Assembly: GCA_041487495.1 (NCBI GenBank) | Contig: JBGPNN010000002.1 | Coordinates: forward strand, 1-40,033 | Direction of reading: 5' to 3' | DNA from: a bacterium | Lineage (GTDB): Bacteria > Sysuimicrobiota > Sysuimicrobiia > Sysuimicrobiales > Humicultoraceae | Length of the DNA: 40,033 bases | Shown: in pieces, positions 17,142-26,069 of the stretch | Position numbering within the stretch: the stretch's first letter is position 1 | Layout of the letters: the number at the start of each line of letters is the position of its first letter | Notes under the pieces: generated by a model | Seen by the model: only the letters and a program-made list of their open reading frames with translations | Database searches by the model: none | Told to the model about the DNA's origin: nothing | Made by a program: the position numbers and the translations under genes

Positions 17142-18007
17142 TACCTCTCCTCGGCGAAGGTGCGGGTCACGAAGACATCGACGTCGGGGACTTGCCTGAG
17201 GTCCTCGGCGACGCGCTGCGCCGCGGCATCATTGGCCATCAAGCCAAACACGCTCGGCCCCGTCCCGCTCATCGCGGCGCCGTACGCCTCGCCCCGGAGG
17301 ATGCGGCTCTTGAGCTGGCCGACAACGGGATGGCGGGCGGCGATCATCTCTTCAAAGACGTTACCGAGCAGGCGCCCCACCGCGGGGACGTCGCGCCGGC
17401 GGATCGCCTCGACGAGCGCCCGCGTGTCGGGCCGGGCTGCGCCATCATTACGGTGGAAATGCCGGTACGCCCATTCGGTGAGCACCGAAACCCTCGGGCA
17501 CGCCAGGACGACCCAGGTCGGCGGCAGCGGCGGAAGTGACTGTACACGTTCGCCGCGGCCCCGGGCGAGCGCCGCGCCCCCGCTCAAGAAGAAGGGGACA
17601 TCGGATCCGAGCCGCGCGGCGAGTGCCGCCAGTTCACGCCCGTCCAGCCGCAGCTTCCACATCTGGCACAGCCCCATCAACGTGACGGCTGCGTCGGCGC
17701 TGCCCCCGCCCAGACCGGAGGCTACGGGAATCTGCTTGCGGACGTCGATCTCAACAGGCCGCGGGACCTTGTACTCCTCGCGGAGCAGCGCGGCCGCCCG
17801 GTAGACCAGGTTGGTGGCGTCTGACGGTACGTCTTCGGCATCGGCGATCACCCTAATACCATCGCCGGACTCGCGCAGGGTGATCACATCGTGAAGGACG
17901 ACGGTGTGGAGGACGGTCTCGATGTCGTGATAGCCATCATCGCGCTTGCCGAGGACGTCCAGTGCCAGGTTCACCTTGGCGTAGGCGTTGAGGCGAAGTT
18001 CCTTCAC
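17141..18007 (-). CDS. ispE: 4-diphosphocytidyl-2-C-methyl-D-erythritol kinase
   Basis: N-terminus NAYAKVNLALDVLGKRDDGYHDIETV and the GHMP-kinase motif IPVASGLGGGSADAA. The real start is the GTG at 18007, with AGGAGG 8 nt upstream (289 aa). The 376-aa track ORF is a false extension. Confidence 0.9.
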   Translation of the reverse strand: MKELRLNAYAKVNLALDVLGKRDDGYHDIETVLHTVVLHDVITLRESGDGIRVIADAEDVPSDATNLVYRAAALLREEYKVPRPVEIDVRKQIPVASGLGGGSADAAVTLMGLCQMWKLRLDGRELAALAARLGSDVPFFLSGGAALARGRGERVQSLPPLPPTWVVLACPRVSVLTEWAYRHFHRNDGAARPDTRALVEAIRRRDVPAVGRLLGNVFEEMIAARHPVVGQLKSRILRGEAYGAAMSGTGPSVFGLMANDAAAQRVAEDLRQVPDVDVFVTRTFAEER

Positions 18008-18084
18008 GAGTCGTGCCTCCTGAGGGTGTAGGAGCGGCACGTAACAGGTTAGGTACCCGGGGGTGCAAGTCCTCTCTCGCTTCA

Positions 18085-18113
18085 TTGCACCGCGCAGTGG
18101 CTTCTCGTAAGAT
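18085..18113 (+). promoter_or_regulatory. Weak promoter candidate TTGCAC - 17 nt - TAAGAT upstream of the LCP gene
   Basis: Read directly in the ispE/LCP divergent region. The -10 ends 7 nt before the GTG at 18121. The match to consensus is only moderate. Confidence 0.25.
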
Positions 18114-18120
18114 AGGACCC

Positions 18121-19428
18121 GTGGCGTACCAGGATCCTCCAGACTCCTCTGTCCCCGCACCGCCGCTCGCGACCCCTGCGCCGGCGAGACGGCGCCGCCG
18201 CTGGTGGCGGACGCTGGCCTGGGCGCTCCCGGCCTTCGTGCTGCTCGCGGGTGGGGTGGTGCTGGGGACATATCTGTATGTGCTGAGCCACATCGCCCTG
18301 AGCAGTGGCGAGACCGTGCCGCGCAAGCGCGCAGACGTGTATGCTTTCCCGATACGCCTCGTCGACCGGCTCAACGTCTTGATCATCGGGGTGGATGTCA
18401 CGCTCGATAGCAAACGACGCGTCCTCAACGTCGCTCGGGCTGATACGCTGGCACTGGTCACGTTCGACTCTGAGCGCCGCCGGATCGCGGTCCTGTCGAT
18501 CCCCAGGGATACGCGGGCGCAGATCCCGGGCCACGGCGAGACGAAGGTCAACGCCGCGTATGCCTACGGCGGCCCCGCCCTGACGATCCGAACGGTCGAA
18601 CGCCTGACCGACATCAAGATTGATGCGTACGTCAAATTGGGTCCGGAGTCGTTCGGGAAGTTCATTGACGCGATTGGCGGCATCGATATCGATGTCGAGA
18701 AGGACATGAAGTATACGGACTCCTGGGCCGGGTACACGATCAACCTCAAGAAGGGGTTTCAACACCTGAACGGGTCGCAGGCGACGGGCTACATCCGGTT
18801 CCGGCACGACGAGATGGGCGACATCGGACGGGTCGACCGGCAGCGCAAGGTCCTCGCCGCCCTGCTCAAGAAGCTCAAGGACCCATCGACGATCCTGGCG
18901 GCCCCGCACCTACTCCAGGCTTTCGCCCAGCACACCACGACCAATCTGACGTCCTACGAGTTGATGGCGCTGGGAATGTTCGCGCTGCGAACCCGCGACC
19001 GTCCGATGGAGATGCAGACGTTGCCCGGCACGTTCGCCCCGTCGTATTGGGAGCCGGACACCCCCAAAGTGCGGGCGCTGGTCGCCGACGTATTCTACAA
19101 CGTGACACTGGACGAACTGGCCACAATCCAGGTCGAGGTCCTCAACGCCAGCGGCAATGCGGCCGTAGGCCAGCGGGTCGCCGCGCGGATCAGCGCGCTG
19201 GGCTTCCGCTCGGTCAAGGTCAGAACGGTATCCACGCCCGTCGACATCACCACGATCGTCGATCGGACGGGCCGCAAGGGGCTCGGCAAGATGGTGGCTG
19301 TGGCTCTGGGGCGCGCGGTCGTGAAGCGGGAACAGGCGGTGGGCGCGCCTTCGATTACCGTAGTCGTGGCGCGCGACGCCGCGCGCACGCTCTCAGGGTC
19401 GATCCCGCGCCGCAACGACCCCGAATAA
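18121..19428 (+). CDS. LytR-CpsA-Psr (LCP) family cell-envelope phosphotransferase with C-terminal LytR_C-like domain
   Basis: Short cytoplasmic tail with RRRRR, then a TM segment (LAWALPAFVLLAGGVVLG). LCP core LNVLIIGVD…RADTLALVTFD…IAVLSIPRDT…VNAAYAYGGP. The start is uncertain: the track gives 18013, but that reaches the ispE SD region, so I chose the GTG at 18121. Confidence 0.85.
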   Translation: MAYQDPPDSSVPAPPLATPAPARRRRRWWRTLAWALPAFVLLAGGVVLGTYLYVLSHIALSSGETVPRKRADVYAFPIRLVDRLNVLIIGVDVTLDSKRRVLNVARADTLALVTFDSERRRIAVLSIPRDTRAQIPGHGETKVNAAYAYGGPALTIRTVERLTDIKIDAYVKLGPESFGKFIDAIGGIDIDVEKDMKYTDSWAGYTINLKKGFQHLNGSQATGYIRFRHDEMGDIGRVDRQRKVLAALLKKLKDPSTILAAPHLLQAFAQHTTTNLTSYELMALGMFALRTRDRPMEMQTLPGTFAPSYWEPDTPKVRALVADVFYNVTLDELATIQVEVLNASGNAAVGQRVAARISALGFRSVKVRTVSTPVDITTIVDRTGRKGLGKMVAVALGRAVVKREQAVGAPSITVVVARDAARTLSGSIPRRNDPE

Positions 19429-19549
19429 GCACGTCAGCGGCCGCCCGCTGCCGAGTTAGGCCGGGTTGCTCCCGAAGGAGTACCTCCTCCCACCTCACCC
19501 AGTTGCGCACCGCTGACGGTGCCAATCTAGCACGGGTCTCCAAACGCAG

Positions 19550-20806
19550 TCAATTCGAAACGTTCGTTCCCGTCCTGTGGATCGTGGGGACAGGCGCGGG
19601 CACGTTTCGGCGCACGAGGGCGGCCAGACGCGCGACACCGCTCCGGATCTCGTCCTCACTCGGATAGGAGAAGTTGAGACGCATGGTGTTGCGCCCGCTC
19701 CCGTCGGCGTGGAACGCGCTGCCGGGTACGTACATCACCGCCTCTTCCGCCACCGCCGTCTTCAAGAGCACAGCGGCGTCGATGCTGGCCGGCAGCCGCA
19801 CCCAGAGGAACAACCCGCCCTCAGGCTTCGTCCACGTCACGCCGTCCGGCATCTCCCGCGCCAGGGCGTCGAGCATGACCTCGCGCTTGCGCCGGTAGAG
19901 TGCCACGGTGTCGGGGAGCCGCCGCGCCAGGTGGCCGCGGCGCAGCAGTTCGGCCGCGATCGCCTGCGTAAACGACGGGCCGCACAGATCCATCGCCTGT
20001 TTGGCGGTCACACACTGCGAGATGACCGCCTCCGGACCCGCGATCCACGCGATCCGCAGACCCGGGGCAAGCGTCTTGCTGAACGTCGAGAGATAGAGGG
20101 TGCGGCTGTCGCGGTCAAGCGCGTAGACCGGCGGCGGGGCCGTGCCGATGAACCGCATCTCGCGGTACGGGTTGTCCTCAACGACCAGTGTGCCGAACTC
20201 GCGGGCCAGATCCAGGAGACGCTCGCGGCGGTCGCGCGTCCAGGTGATCCCCGACGGGTTCTGAAAGTCGGGTACCACGTAGAGGAACTTGGGCCGCCGG
20301 CCGTCGCGCCGCAACCGCGTCAGCACATCTGCGAGACGGTCGGTCTGCATGCCGTCGGCGTCCTGCGGGACCCCGATCAGCTCCACGCCGTACGTGCGAA
20401 ACGCCTGAATTCCCCCGAGATAGGACGGCAGTTCCAACACGACGACGTCCCCAGGATCGAGGAAGACCTTCCCAACCAGGTCGAGTGCCTGTTGCGAGCC
20501 GGTGGTGATCAGGATGTTGTCGCGCGCCGCCGTAATGCCGTCCTTGGCCATCCATGGGATCAGGGCATCGCGCAGGTTGGGGTCCCCCTCGGTCGGACCG
20601 TACTGGAGCGCGAGCGCCGCGCCCGATGCCAGCACCTCCTGGGTCACCTCGCGCAGTTCCGCAACGGGAAACGTCGATGGGTCGGGGAAGCCGCCGGCGA
20701 AGGAGATCACGGCCTTCCCGGCACGAGACAGTTTCAACAACTCCCGAATCAACGACCGTTCCATGTTACGCGTGTTCGTCCCGTAAAAGGATGTGTAGTC
20801 GATCAT
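19550..20806 (-). CDS. PLP-dependent aminotransferase, class I/II (2-aminoadipate/aromatic aminotransferase-like)
   Basis: Motifs NPSGITW and the PLP-lysine motif STFSKTLAPGLRIAW. The ATG at 20806 has GGGGAG upstream and forms an ATGA overlap with the rsmA stop. Confidence 0.85.
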   Translation of the reverse strand: MIDYTSFYGTNTRNMERSLIRELLKLSRAGKAVISFAGGFPDPSTFPVAELREVTQEVLASGAALALQYGPTEGDPNLRDALIPWMAKDGITAARDNILITTGSQQALDLVGKVFLDPGDVVVLELPSYLGGIQAFRTYGVELIGVPQDADGMQTDRLADVLTRLRRDGRRPKFLYVVPDFQNPSGITWTRDRRERLLDLAREFGTLVVEDNPYREMRFIGTAPPPVYALDRDSRTLYLSTFSKTLAPGLRIAWIAGPEAVISQCVTAKQAMDLCGPSFTQAIAAELLRRGHLARRLPDTVALYRRKREVMLDALAREMPDGVTWTKPEGGLFLWVRLPASIDAAVLLKTAVAEEAVMYVPGSAFHADGSGRNTMRLNFSYPSEDEIRSGVARLAALVRRNVPAPVPTIHRTGTNVSN

Positions 20807-21690
20807 GATGTCTCCCCTTCCATAAATGCCCGGACCAGGCCTGCAAATTCCGCCACCGAGAGGCTCTCGCCCCGGCGGCGGGGATCGATCCCGGCCGCCA
20901 GACACCATGCCTCGACGGCCCCCGCGGTCAGGCGCTCGTCCCTCACACGCTGCAGCGCGGTCCTGAGCATCTTCCGCCGCTGCCCAAAGGCCGCCCGGAT
21001 CACGGCCATCAATGTGGGTATCTGCGTGCGAGGCAGCACGGGGTGCTCGTGTGCCTCGAGCCTGACGATGGCCGACCTCACGTGCGGCGGAGGGAAGAAG
21101 GCGGACCGGGGCACCCGGGCGACGATGTCCGCGCGCGCGTGTGCCTGCACTGCGACCGATAGCAGGCCGTAAGTCTTGCCGCCCGGCGCCGCGACGACGC
21201 GTTCAGCGACCTCCCCCTGGATCATCACCACGAAGTGCCGGCCGATGTCCTCCTCGAGCAGTCGGATCAACAAGGGTGACGCAATCGAATACGGGAGGTT
21301 CGCCACGACTTTGGTCGGGACCGCGGGCAGGGTGCCCGCCCGCAGATCCATGGCGTCGCCGTGGATGATGCGCACGCCCGGATGTGGGCCGCAGGCCGCC
21401 CGCAACACGGGGATAAAGCGGGGATCGACCTCAACGGCTAAGACGTGTGCGCCCGTTCGCGCGAGCGCCACGGTCAGCGTGCCGATACCGGCGCCGACCT
21501 CCAGCACGACGTCATGCGGGCCAACCTGGGCCGTGTCGACGATACGTTCAAGGATGCGCCGGTTGACGAGGAAGTGCTGCCCGCGCGACGGCCGCAGACG
21601 AAGTCCAAAGGCCGTCAGGGCCGCGCGCACCCCTGCCGGGGTGGCCAGATCGAGATCCGCGGGCCAGACCGGAGGCGCACCCGGAGTCAA
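20803..21690 (-). CDS. rsmA: 16S rRNA (adenine1518/1519-N6)-dimethyltransferase
   Basis: GQHFLVN, SAM motif VLEVGAGIGTLT and NLPYSIASPLL. TTG start 6 nt after the upstream stop. Confidence 0.92.
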   Translation of the reverse strand: MTPGAPPVWPADLDLATPAGVRAALTAFGLRLRPSRGQHFLVNRRILERIVDTAQVGPHDVVLEVGAGIGTLTVALARTGAHVLAVEVDPRFIPVLRAACGPHPGVRIIHGDAMDLRAGTLPAVPTKVVANLPYSIASPLLIRLLEEDIGRHFVVMIQGEVAERVVAAPGGKTYGLLSVAVQAHARADIVARVPRSAFFPPPHVRSAIVRLEAHEHPVLPRTQIPTLMAVIRAAFGQRRKMLRTALQRVRDERLTAGAVEAWCLAAGIDPRRRGESLSVAEFAGLVRAFMEGETS

Positions 21691-21696
21691 AGAACT

Positions 21697-22692
21697 CTAG
21701 CGATTCGCCGGGGTGGACAGAATGTACACCTTCACCACTCGACGCCCGAAGATGATGGCCTCGCGGATGGTATTGTAACCGAGATCGATGCGGTGGCCCT
21801 TGATGGCGCCTCCGGTGTCACCGGCAATGGCCCGGCCGTAGCCTTCAATGAACAATTCGGATCGATACGGAATAATCGTCGGATCGATAGCCACGACGCC
21901 GTGGCCGGCCTTCATCCCAATCGACGTGATATCGTTGGTCCCCGGTCCGTCCCACGGCGCGTACGCCGTCGCTTCCATCATCAGGATCTCTTTGCCGGCG
22001 AACTGGCCTCGGCTCGCAAAGATGCGCCGCGTCCCAATCTGGACAATGCGATCCTGTGGTGGATTGACCACGATCGTGCCCACGACCTGCCGGTCGATCG
22101 CCAGCCCGTCAGCAAACGTGATGATGATCTGCCGCACCCGCGCGCCGGGATGGCCTGCCTGGACCAGGCGGGTGACGCCACGCGGGAGCGAGCCGTCGGG
22201 CTTGGCAATCTGCGCATACGGCAATCGCTCGGGCTCACTCACGATCTGCGTCTCGATGCGGACGACGCGCACCGTGGCGCCTGCCCACAACGGGCCTTCC
22301 GGACCCGGATACACGCGGTCGCGCGCTCGCACCGCAACGCCCGCGGGGCGCTCTCGGAGGAACGTCTCAATGGTCGTGGAGGCCGTCATCACCGCGTATT
22401 GCCGGCCATCCGCAATAAGTGTGACGGGAAACGCGCGCTGGTATTCGATGCGCATGCCGCCGGTCAGCCGTGTAGAAGCGACCGGCGTCACGCGGTCATC
22501 GCGTGCGATTGTGATCCCGCTCTCCGCGAGAACCTCTCCCACCGTCGAACGAAACGTGGAGACCTTGCGCTCGCCCGCCTCTGTGGCAATGACCACGGTC
22601 TTCGCCACACTCATGACCGCGCCGACACTAAAGCCGATCGTCGCCATGACGAGGCAGAGCAGCGCGAATCCGGGAGTCCGGAACGCACGCAT
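21697..22692 (-). CDS. YabE-like cell-wall protein (N-terminal TM, DUF348-like repeats, G5-like region, C-terminal 3D domain)
   Basis: The C-terminus GHGVVAIDPTIIPYRSELFIEGYGRAIAGDTGGAIKGHRIDL is the 3D (RlpA/MltA-like double-psi barrel) signature. Its position just upstream of rsmA matches B. subtilis yabE. Confidence 0.8.
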   Translation of the reverse strand: MRAFRTPGFALLCLVMATIGFSVGAVMSVAKTVVIATEAGERKVSTFRSTVGEVLAESGITIARDDRVTPVASTRLTGGMRIEYQRAFPVTLIADGRQYAVMTASTTIETFLRERPAGVAVRARDRVYPGPEGPLWAGATVRVVRIETQIVSEPERLPYAQIAKPDGSLPRGVTRLVQAGHPGARVRQIIITFADGLAIDRQVVGTIVVNPPQDRIVQIGTRRIFASRGQFAGKEILMMEATAYAPWDGPGTNDITSIGMKAGHGVVAIDPTIIPYRSELFIEGYGRAIAGDTGGAIKGHRIDLGYNTIREAIIFGRRVVKVYILSTPANR

Positions 22693-22735
22693 CTCGCCAC
22701 CCCCTGTCTCCGGAGCGTTACCGAACGAACATGCC

Positions 22736-22797
22736 GGAAAAATAAACCGAGGCCCGATTGAGTTGGAGCAAGACCCCCCGGCAAGGGATCTTCACTC
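22736..22797 (-). promoter_or_regulatory. Structured 5' leader element: imperfect hairpin (22797-22766), then a U-rich tract GGUUUAUUUUUCC (22748-22736)
   Basis: Minus-strand RNA reads GAG(ug)AAGAUCCC[uugccgg]GGGGUCUU(g)CUC, 11 bp including one G-U pair. It sits 45-105 nt upstream of the yabE-like ATG. The U-rich tract is the most AT-rich stretch I noticed in the window. Function unknown. Confidence 0.3.
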
Positions 22798-22837
22798 CGA
22801 AACATTTGACGAGGCGGAAACAGTGACAAGTATACAG

Positions 22838-22863
22838 GAAAACACGCGGCAATGCCAGCGCGT
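22838..22863 (-). terminator. Candidate intrinsic terminator downstream of meaB
   Basis: Minus strand reads ACGCGC(u)GGC-auu-GCCGCGUGU followed by UUU. This is a 9-bp GC-rich stem with one bulge and one G-U pair. The U-tract is short. Confidence 0.35.
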
Positions 22864-22994
22864 TGGCTCGTGGAGCGTGGGCCGACCTGATGCGGCGATC
22901 GGCTCGTGCTACTGAGGTGCCCGCTCGACGAGTTCGATGAGGACGCCGTGAATGATGCCGATGTGATCGATCCCCTGTGGGGACCAGGGCGGCG

Positions 22995-23939
22995 TCACGA
23001 CCCGTGGCTGAGCAACTGTTCGGCCGCCGCGTACGGATCGAGCACGCCCGACGCGACGCGATCGACCAGCCCCTCAAGCCGCGCGGCCATGGCGCGCTCG
23101 AGGTACTGCGCCCGCAGTCGTGCCTCGGCGATCCGCACGACCTCGCGACGCCACCGCGCCCGCCGCCGCACCAAGAGGCCACCTGTTGTGTTCAGGTAGG
23201 CGCGGTGATCGGCGATCGCCGTCAGCATGTCCGGAACGCCGCTCCCGGTCGTCGCGATCGTGGTCAACACCGGGGGGCGCCATCCGCTCTGCGGGCCGAG
23301 CCCAAGCGCCATCTTGAGCTCGGTGACCGCGCGATCGACGTCGGGACGATCGGCCTTGTTCACCACGAACAGGTCCGCGATCTCCATGATGCCCGCTTTG
23401 AGGGTCTGCACACTGTCCCCCATGCCGGGAACCATGACGACCACGACCGTGTCGGAGGTCGTCACGACGTCGACCTCCGCCTGCCCGGTGCCTACGGTCT
23501 CGACCAACACCACCGCGGCGCCCCACGCATCGAGTACCGACACCGCGTGTGACGTCGCCGGCGCCAGCCCGCCGAGACTGCCCCGGGTCGCCATCGAGCG
23601 GATGAAGACTTCGGGGTCGGTGCTGTGCTCCTGCATCCGGATCCGATCGCCCAAGACCGCGCCGCCCGAAAACGGACTGGTGGGATCGACGGCAATCACA
23701 CCAATGCGCCTTCCCTGCGCGCGCAGCCCGCGCACCGCCGCGTCGACCAGCGTGCTCTTGCCGGACCCGGGCGGACCCGTGACGCCGACGACGTGCGCGC
23801 GTCCGAGGTGTGGGAACAATGCGCGCAGCGCACCGGGGGCCTCGGCATCATCGTTCTCAACCAAAGAAATCAGGCGCGCGGCAGCCTGTGATGAGCCCGA
23901 GACCACCGCGGACGCCAGATCACCGGGAAGGGTGGACAT
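22995..23939 (-). CDS. meaB: Methylmalonyl-CoA mutase-associated G-protein chaperone (MeaB/ArgK family)
   Basis: P-loop GVTGPPGSGKSTL, ETVGTGQAE (family ETVGVGQ.E motif) and NKADR (NKxD). 314 aa. Confidence 0.9.
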   Translation of the reverse strand: MSTLPGDLASAVVSGSSQAAARLISLVENDDAEAPGALRALFPHLGRAHVVGVTGPPGSGKSTLVDAAVRGLRAQGRRIGVIAVDPTSPFSGGAVLGDRIRMQEHSTDPEVFIRSMATRGSLGGLAPATSHAVSVLDAWGAAVVLVETVGTGQAEVDVVTTSDTVVVVMVPGMGDSVQTLKAGIMEIADLFVVNKADRPDVDRAVTELKMALGLGPQSGWRPPVLTTIATTGSGVPDMLTAIADHRAYLNTTGGLLVRRRARWRREVVRIAEARLRAQYLERAMAARLEGLVDRVASGVLDPYAAAEQLLSHGS

Positions 23940-24107
23940 CTCTCAGTAGGATAGCAGGCCGGCGCGAGGGGCTCCAGAGACGACTATCTGGCAGCCTTCC
24001 GCGGGTATGTAGATGTCGTGGGCACACCGAGGCCGTTCCCACTCCGTTCCCTCGGCGGCCTCCTCGATCCGGCGAATCGTCCGGGTCTTGAGGCCACCGA
24101 GCACTTT

Positions 24108-26069
24108 ATGTCGTGGTTGCGGTTTGGGATCAGTGCCCTGGGCGCCGGGGCCTACCTGCTGTCCATTCCATACTTCAAACCGCTTGAAGGGCCCGTGCAA
24201 GTGTTGATCGGCATCGCCTTCCTGTACTCGATCCCCCACATCTTCATCAGACCCGGCCTGCCGACTCCCTGGACGCGCGCGCGCATCCTGATCAATACCC
24301 TCCTCGACTTCGCACTGGCCACGGCAGCGGTGGCGATGACGGGTGGGATCACCAGCGGTCTCACCTGGCTCTTCCCCCTGGCGATCCTCGGGAACGTCCT
24401 GCGCTACGGGGATGCGGCCGGTGCCCTCACCGCGGCAGGAAGCATGATCGCCTTCGCGGGCATCGTGCTGTGGCAAGGAGCGGCGCCCAACACCATCCTC
24501 CCACTTCTCGCGTCGCGCCTCGGTTTCTACTGGGTGTTGTACCTGATGGCGGCGTACCTCAGCCGCTACGCCATGCGCATGGAGCGCGTGGCACGCAAGG
24601 GCGCTCTCTTGATGGAGGCCATCGGCCGGATCGGCGTACCCGTAAACCTGGCCGGCAACGTCTCGCTGGCGCTTGAGGCGGTCTGCCAGCAGATTAGGGT
24701 GCTGTTCGATGTCGACCACGTGTTCATCTGGCTTGTCGAGGGCCACGAACTTGCCGCGGCGGCCGCGACCTCCGACGATGGAGAGACCCTCTCCCTCCGC
24801 CGGCCGCTGGACGATGGGAACCTCTTTGCGGCCCGCGTCATCCGGGAGCGCCGACCAATGCTGGCGAACACCGTGTCCCATTACGGCGACAGCCCGGACG
24901 CGCGAATCGCGCGGGCGAACGCGATCAAAGCCGTCATCGGGATTCCCCTGGTCCACGGCACCGCCGCAGTCGGGGCCATGATCCTGGCCGACTCCAGGCA
25001 GCCCTATCGCTTCAGGGAAGAAGACCTGGCCCCGGCCATGCTCCTCGGCAACCTGGCGGCGACGGCACTCTACCACGCGTCCATGCACGACCAGCTACGC
25101 CAGGCGTACGCGCGAACCCTCGAGACGCTGGGCGAGGCGATCGACGTCCACGATGCCTACACCGGCGGTCACTCGCAACGCATCGCGCGCTACGGAGAAC
25201 ACATCGCGCGAGCCATGAACTGTCCCGTGGAGATGATCGACCAGATCCGCACAGCAGCCATGCTGCACGACGTCGGCAAGATCGGCGTGCCGGACAGCGT
25301 CCTGCTGAAACCGGGCGGTCTGACCGCCGACGAAATGGAAACTATGAAGAGTCACTCGCTGATCGGTGCCCGTCTGCTTCGCACGGCCGGGTTCCCAAGC
25401 GAGATCGTGGCCTTCGTCCGTCATCTGCACGAGCGCTATAACGGGTCGGGCTATCCCGCGGGTCTCAAGGGCGAGGAGATCCCGCTGGGCTCGCGCATCC
25501 TGGCGGTCGCGGACACGTACGAAGCGATGACGTCCGACCGCATCTACCGCGCAGCGTTGACCCCGGATAACGCCCTGTTGGAACTTCGACGCTTTAGCGG
25601 CACCCAGTTCGACCCAGAGATCGTGGAGACATTCGCCCGCGGCGAACCGTCGCTGAACCCTCCGCCGCCCGCGGACGACCACACGTCGGGCGTGGCCAAT
25701 GCCGACGAGGTCTTCTCGGCGGTCGCCGGACGCCTCGTGGATCGGTTCCGGGAATTCGCGGGTGTTCAGGTCACCGATGCGCTCCTTGGCAGCGTCGCGG
25801 CCGAGTGTGCACGCCGGCACTGGGTGCTTCGAGTTGTGCACGGGAGGTTTGACCTTCAGACCAGCGAGCGCCAGGTTTCGCTAGAAGCGCGGCGCCAGAT
25901 GCTTGCGTGGTTGCTCGCGCGGATCGAGCAACTCAGCGGCCGTCGCATTGCTCTGCACCTGCTCACCGAGGCCCTCGAAGAACTCTCCCCTGCGGGTCGA
26001 GAAACGTACCGGCTCCTGCTGGCTCCCAGCGACGCGAGAACGCTCCTCCCGGTGGCCCGAGAAGGATAA
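24108..26069 (+). CDS. Membrane-anchored GAF / HD-GYP domain protein (putative c-di-GMP phosphodiesterase) with an uncharacterised C-terminal extension
   Basis: About 5-6 N-terminal TM helices and a GAF-like segment (…HVFIWLVEG…AVIGIPLVHGTAAVGAMILAD…). HD-GYP core: GGHSQRIA, MLHDVGKIGVPDSVLLKPG, HLHERYNGSGYPAGL and ADTYEAMTSDRIYR. The start is uncertain: GTG 24018 (track) or ATG 24108, and neither has a clear SD. Confidence 0.88.
   Translation: MSWLRFGISALGAGAYLLSIPYFKPLEGPVQVLIGIAFLYSIPHIFIRPGLPTPWTRARILINTLLDFALATAAVAMTGGITSGLTWLFPLAILGNVLRYGDAAGALTAAGSMIAFAGIVLWQGAAPNTILPLLASRLGFYWVLYLMAAYLSRYAMRMERVARKGALLMEAIGRIGVPVNLAGNVSLALEAVCQQIRVLFDVDHVFIWLVEGHELAAAAATSDDGETLSLRRPLDDGNLFAARVIRERRPMLANTVSHYGDSPDARIARANAIKAVIGIPLVHGTAAVGAMILADSRQPYRFREEDLAPAMLLGNLAATALYHASMHDQLRQAYARTLETLGEAIDVHDAYTGGHSQRIARYGEHIARAMNCPVEMIDQIRTAAMLHDVGKIGVPDSVLLKPGGLTADEMETMKSHSLIGARLLRTAGFPSEIVAFVRHLHERYNGSGYPAGLKGEEIPLGSRILAVADTYEAMTSDRIYRAALTPDNALLELRRFSGTQFDPEIVETFARGEPSLNPPPPADDHTSGVANADEVFSAVAGRLVDRFREFAGVQVTDALLGSVAAECARRHWVLRVVHGRFDLQTSERQVSLEARRQMLAWLLARIEQLSGRRIALHLLTEALEELSPAGRETYRLLLAPSDARTLLPVAREG

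Noticed and set aside
19429-19549. Hairpins in the convergent LCP/aminotransferase gap: CAGCGG-ccgc-CCGCTG at 19435-19450, plus a distal 8-nt complement CCGCTGAC at 19511-19518
   Set aside because: The stems are short and no U-tract follows on either strand. Such hairpins could arise by chance in GC-rich DNA, so I do not call a terminator.
22693-22830. Possible c-di-AMP (ydaO-yuaA) riboswitch upstream of the 3D-domain gene
   Set aside because: The gene context fits. However, I could not find the conserved core strings I remember for this class (ACGGGG..ACCC, GGGGUGAAUC, CAGCUAAC..CG) in the right order. Only loose resemblances occur (CGGAGUGAAGAUCC, CCGGGGGGUC). I keep it as an unclassified structured leader pending a cmsearch.
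22829-22852. Promoter for the yabE-like gene (TATACT -10 with TTGCCG upstream)
   Set aside because: The spacer between TTGCCG and TATACT is only 12 nt, and the TG does not sit in the extended -10 register. The -10-like hexamer alone is not enough evidence.
23943-25088. 381-aa minus-strand ORF opposite the HD-GYP gene
   Set aside because: The plus-strand frame carries unambiguous TM, GAF and HD-GYP motifs. The minus-strand translation is Arg/Gly/Pro/Asp-rich with no motif.
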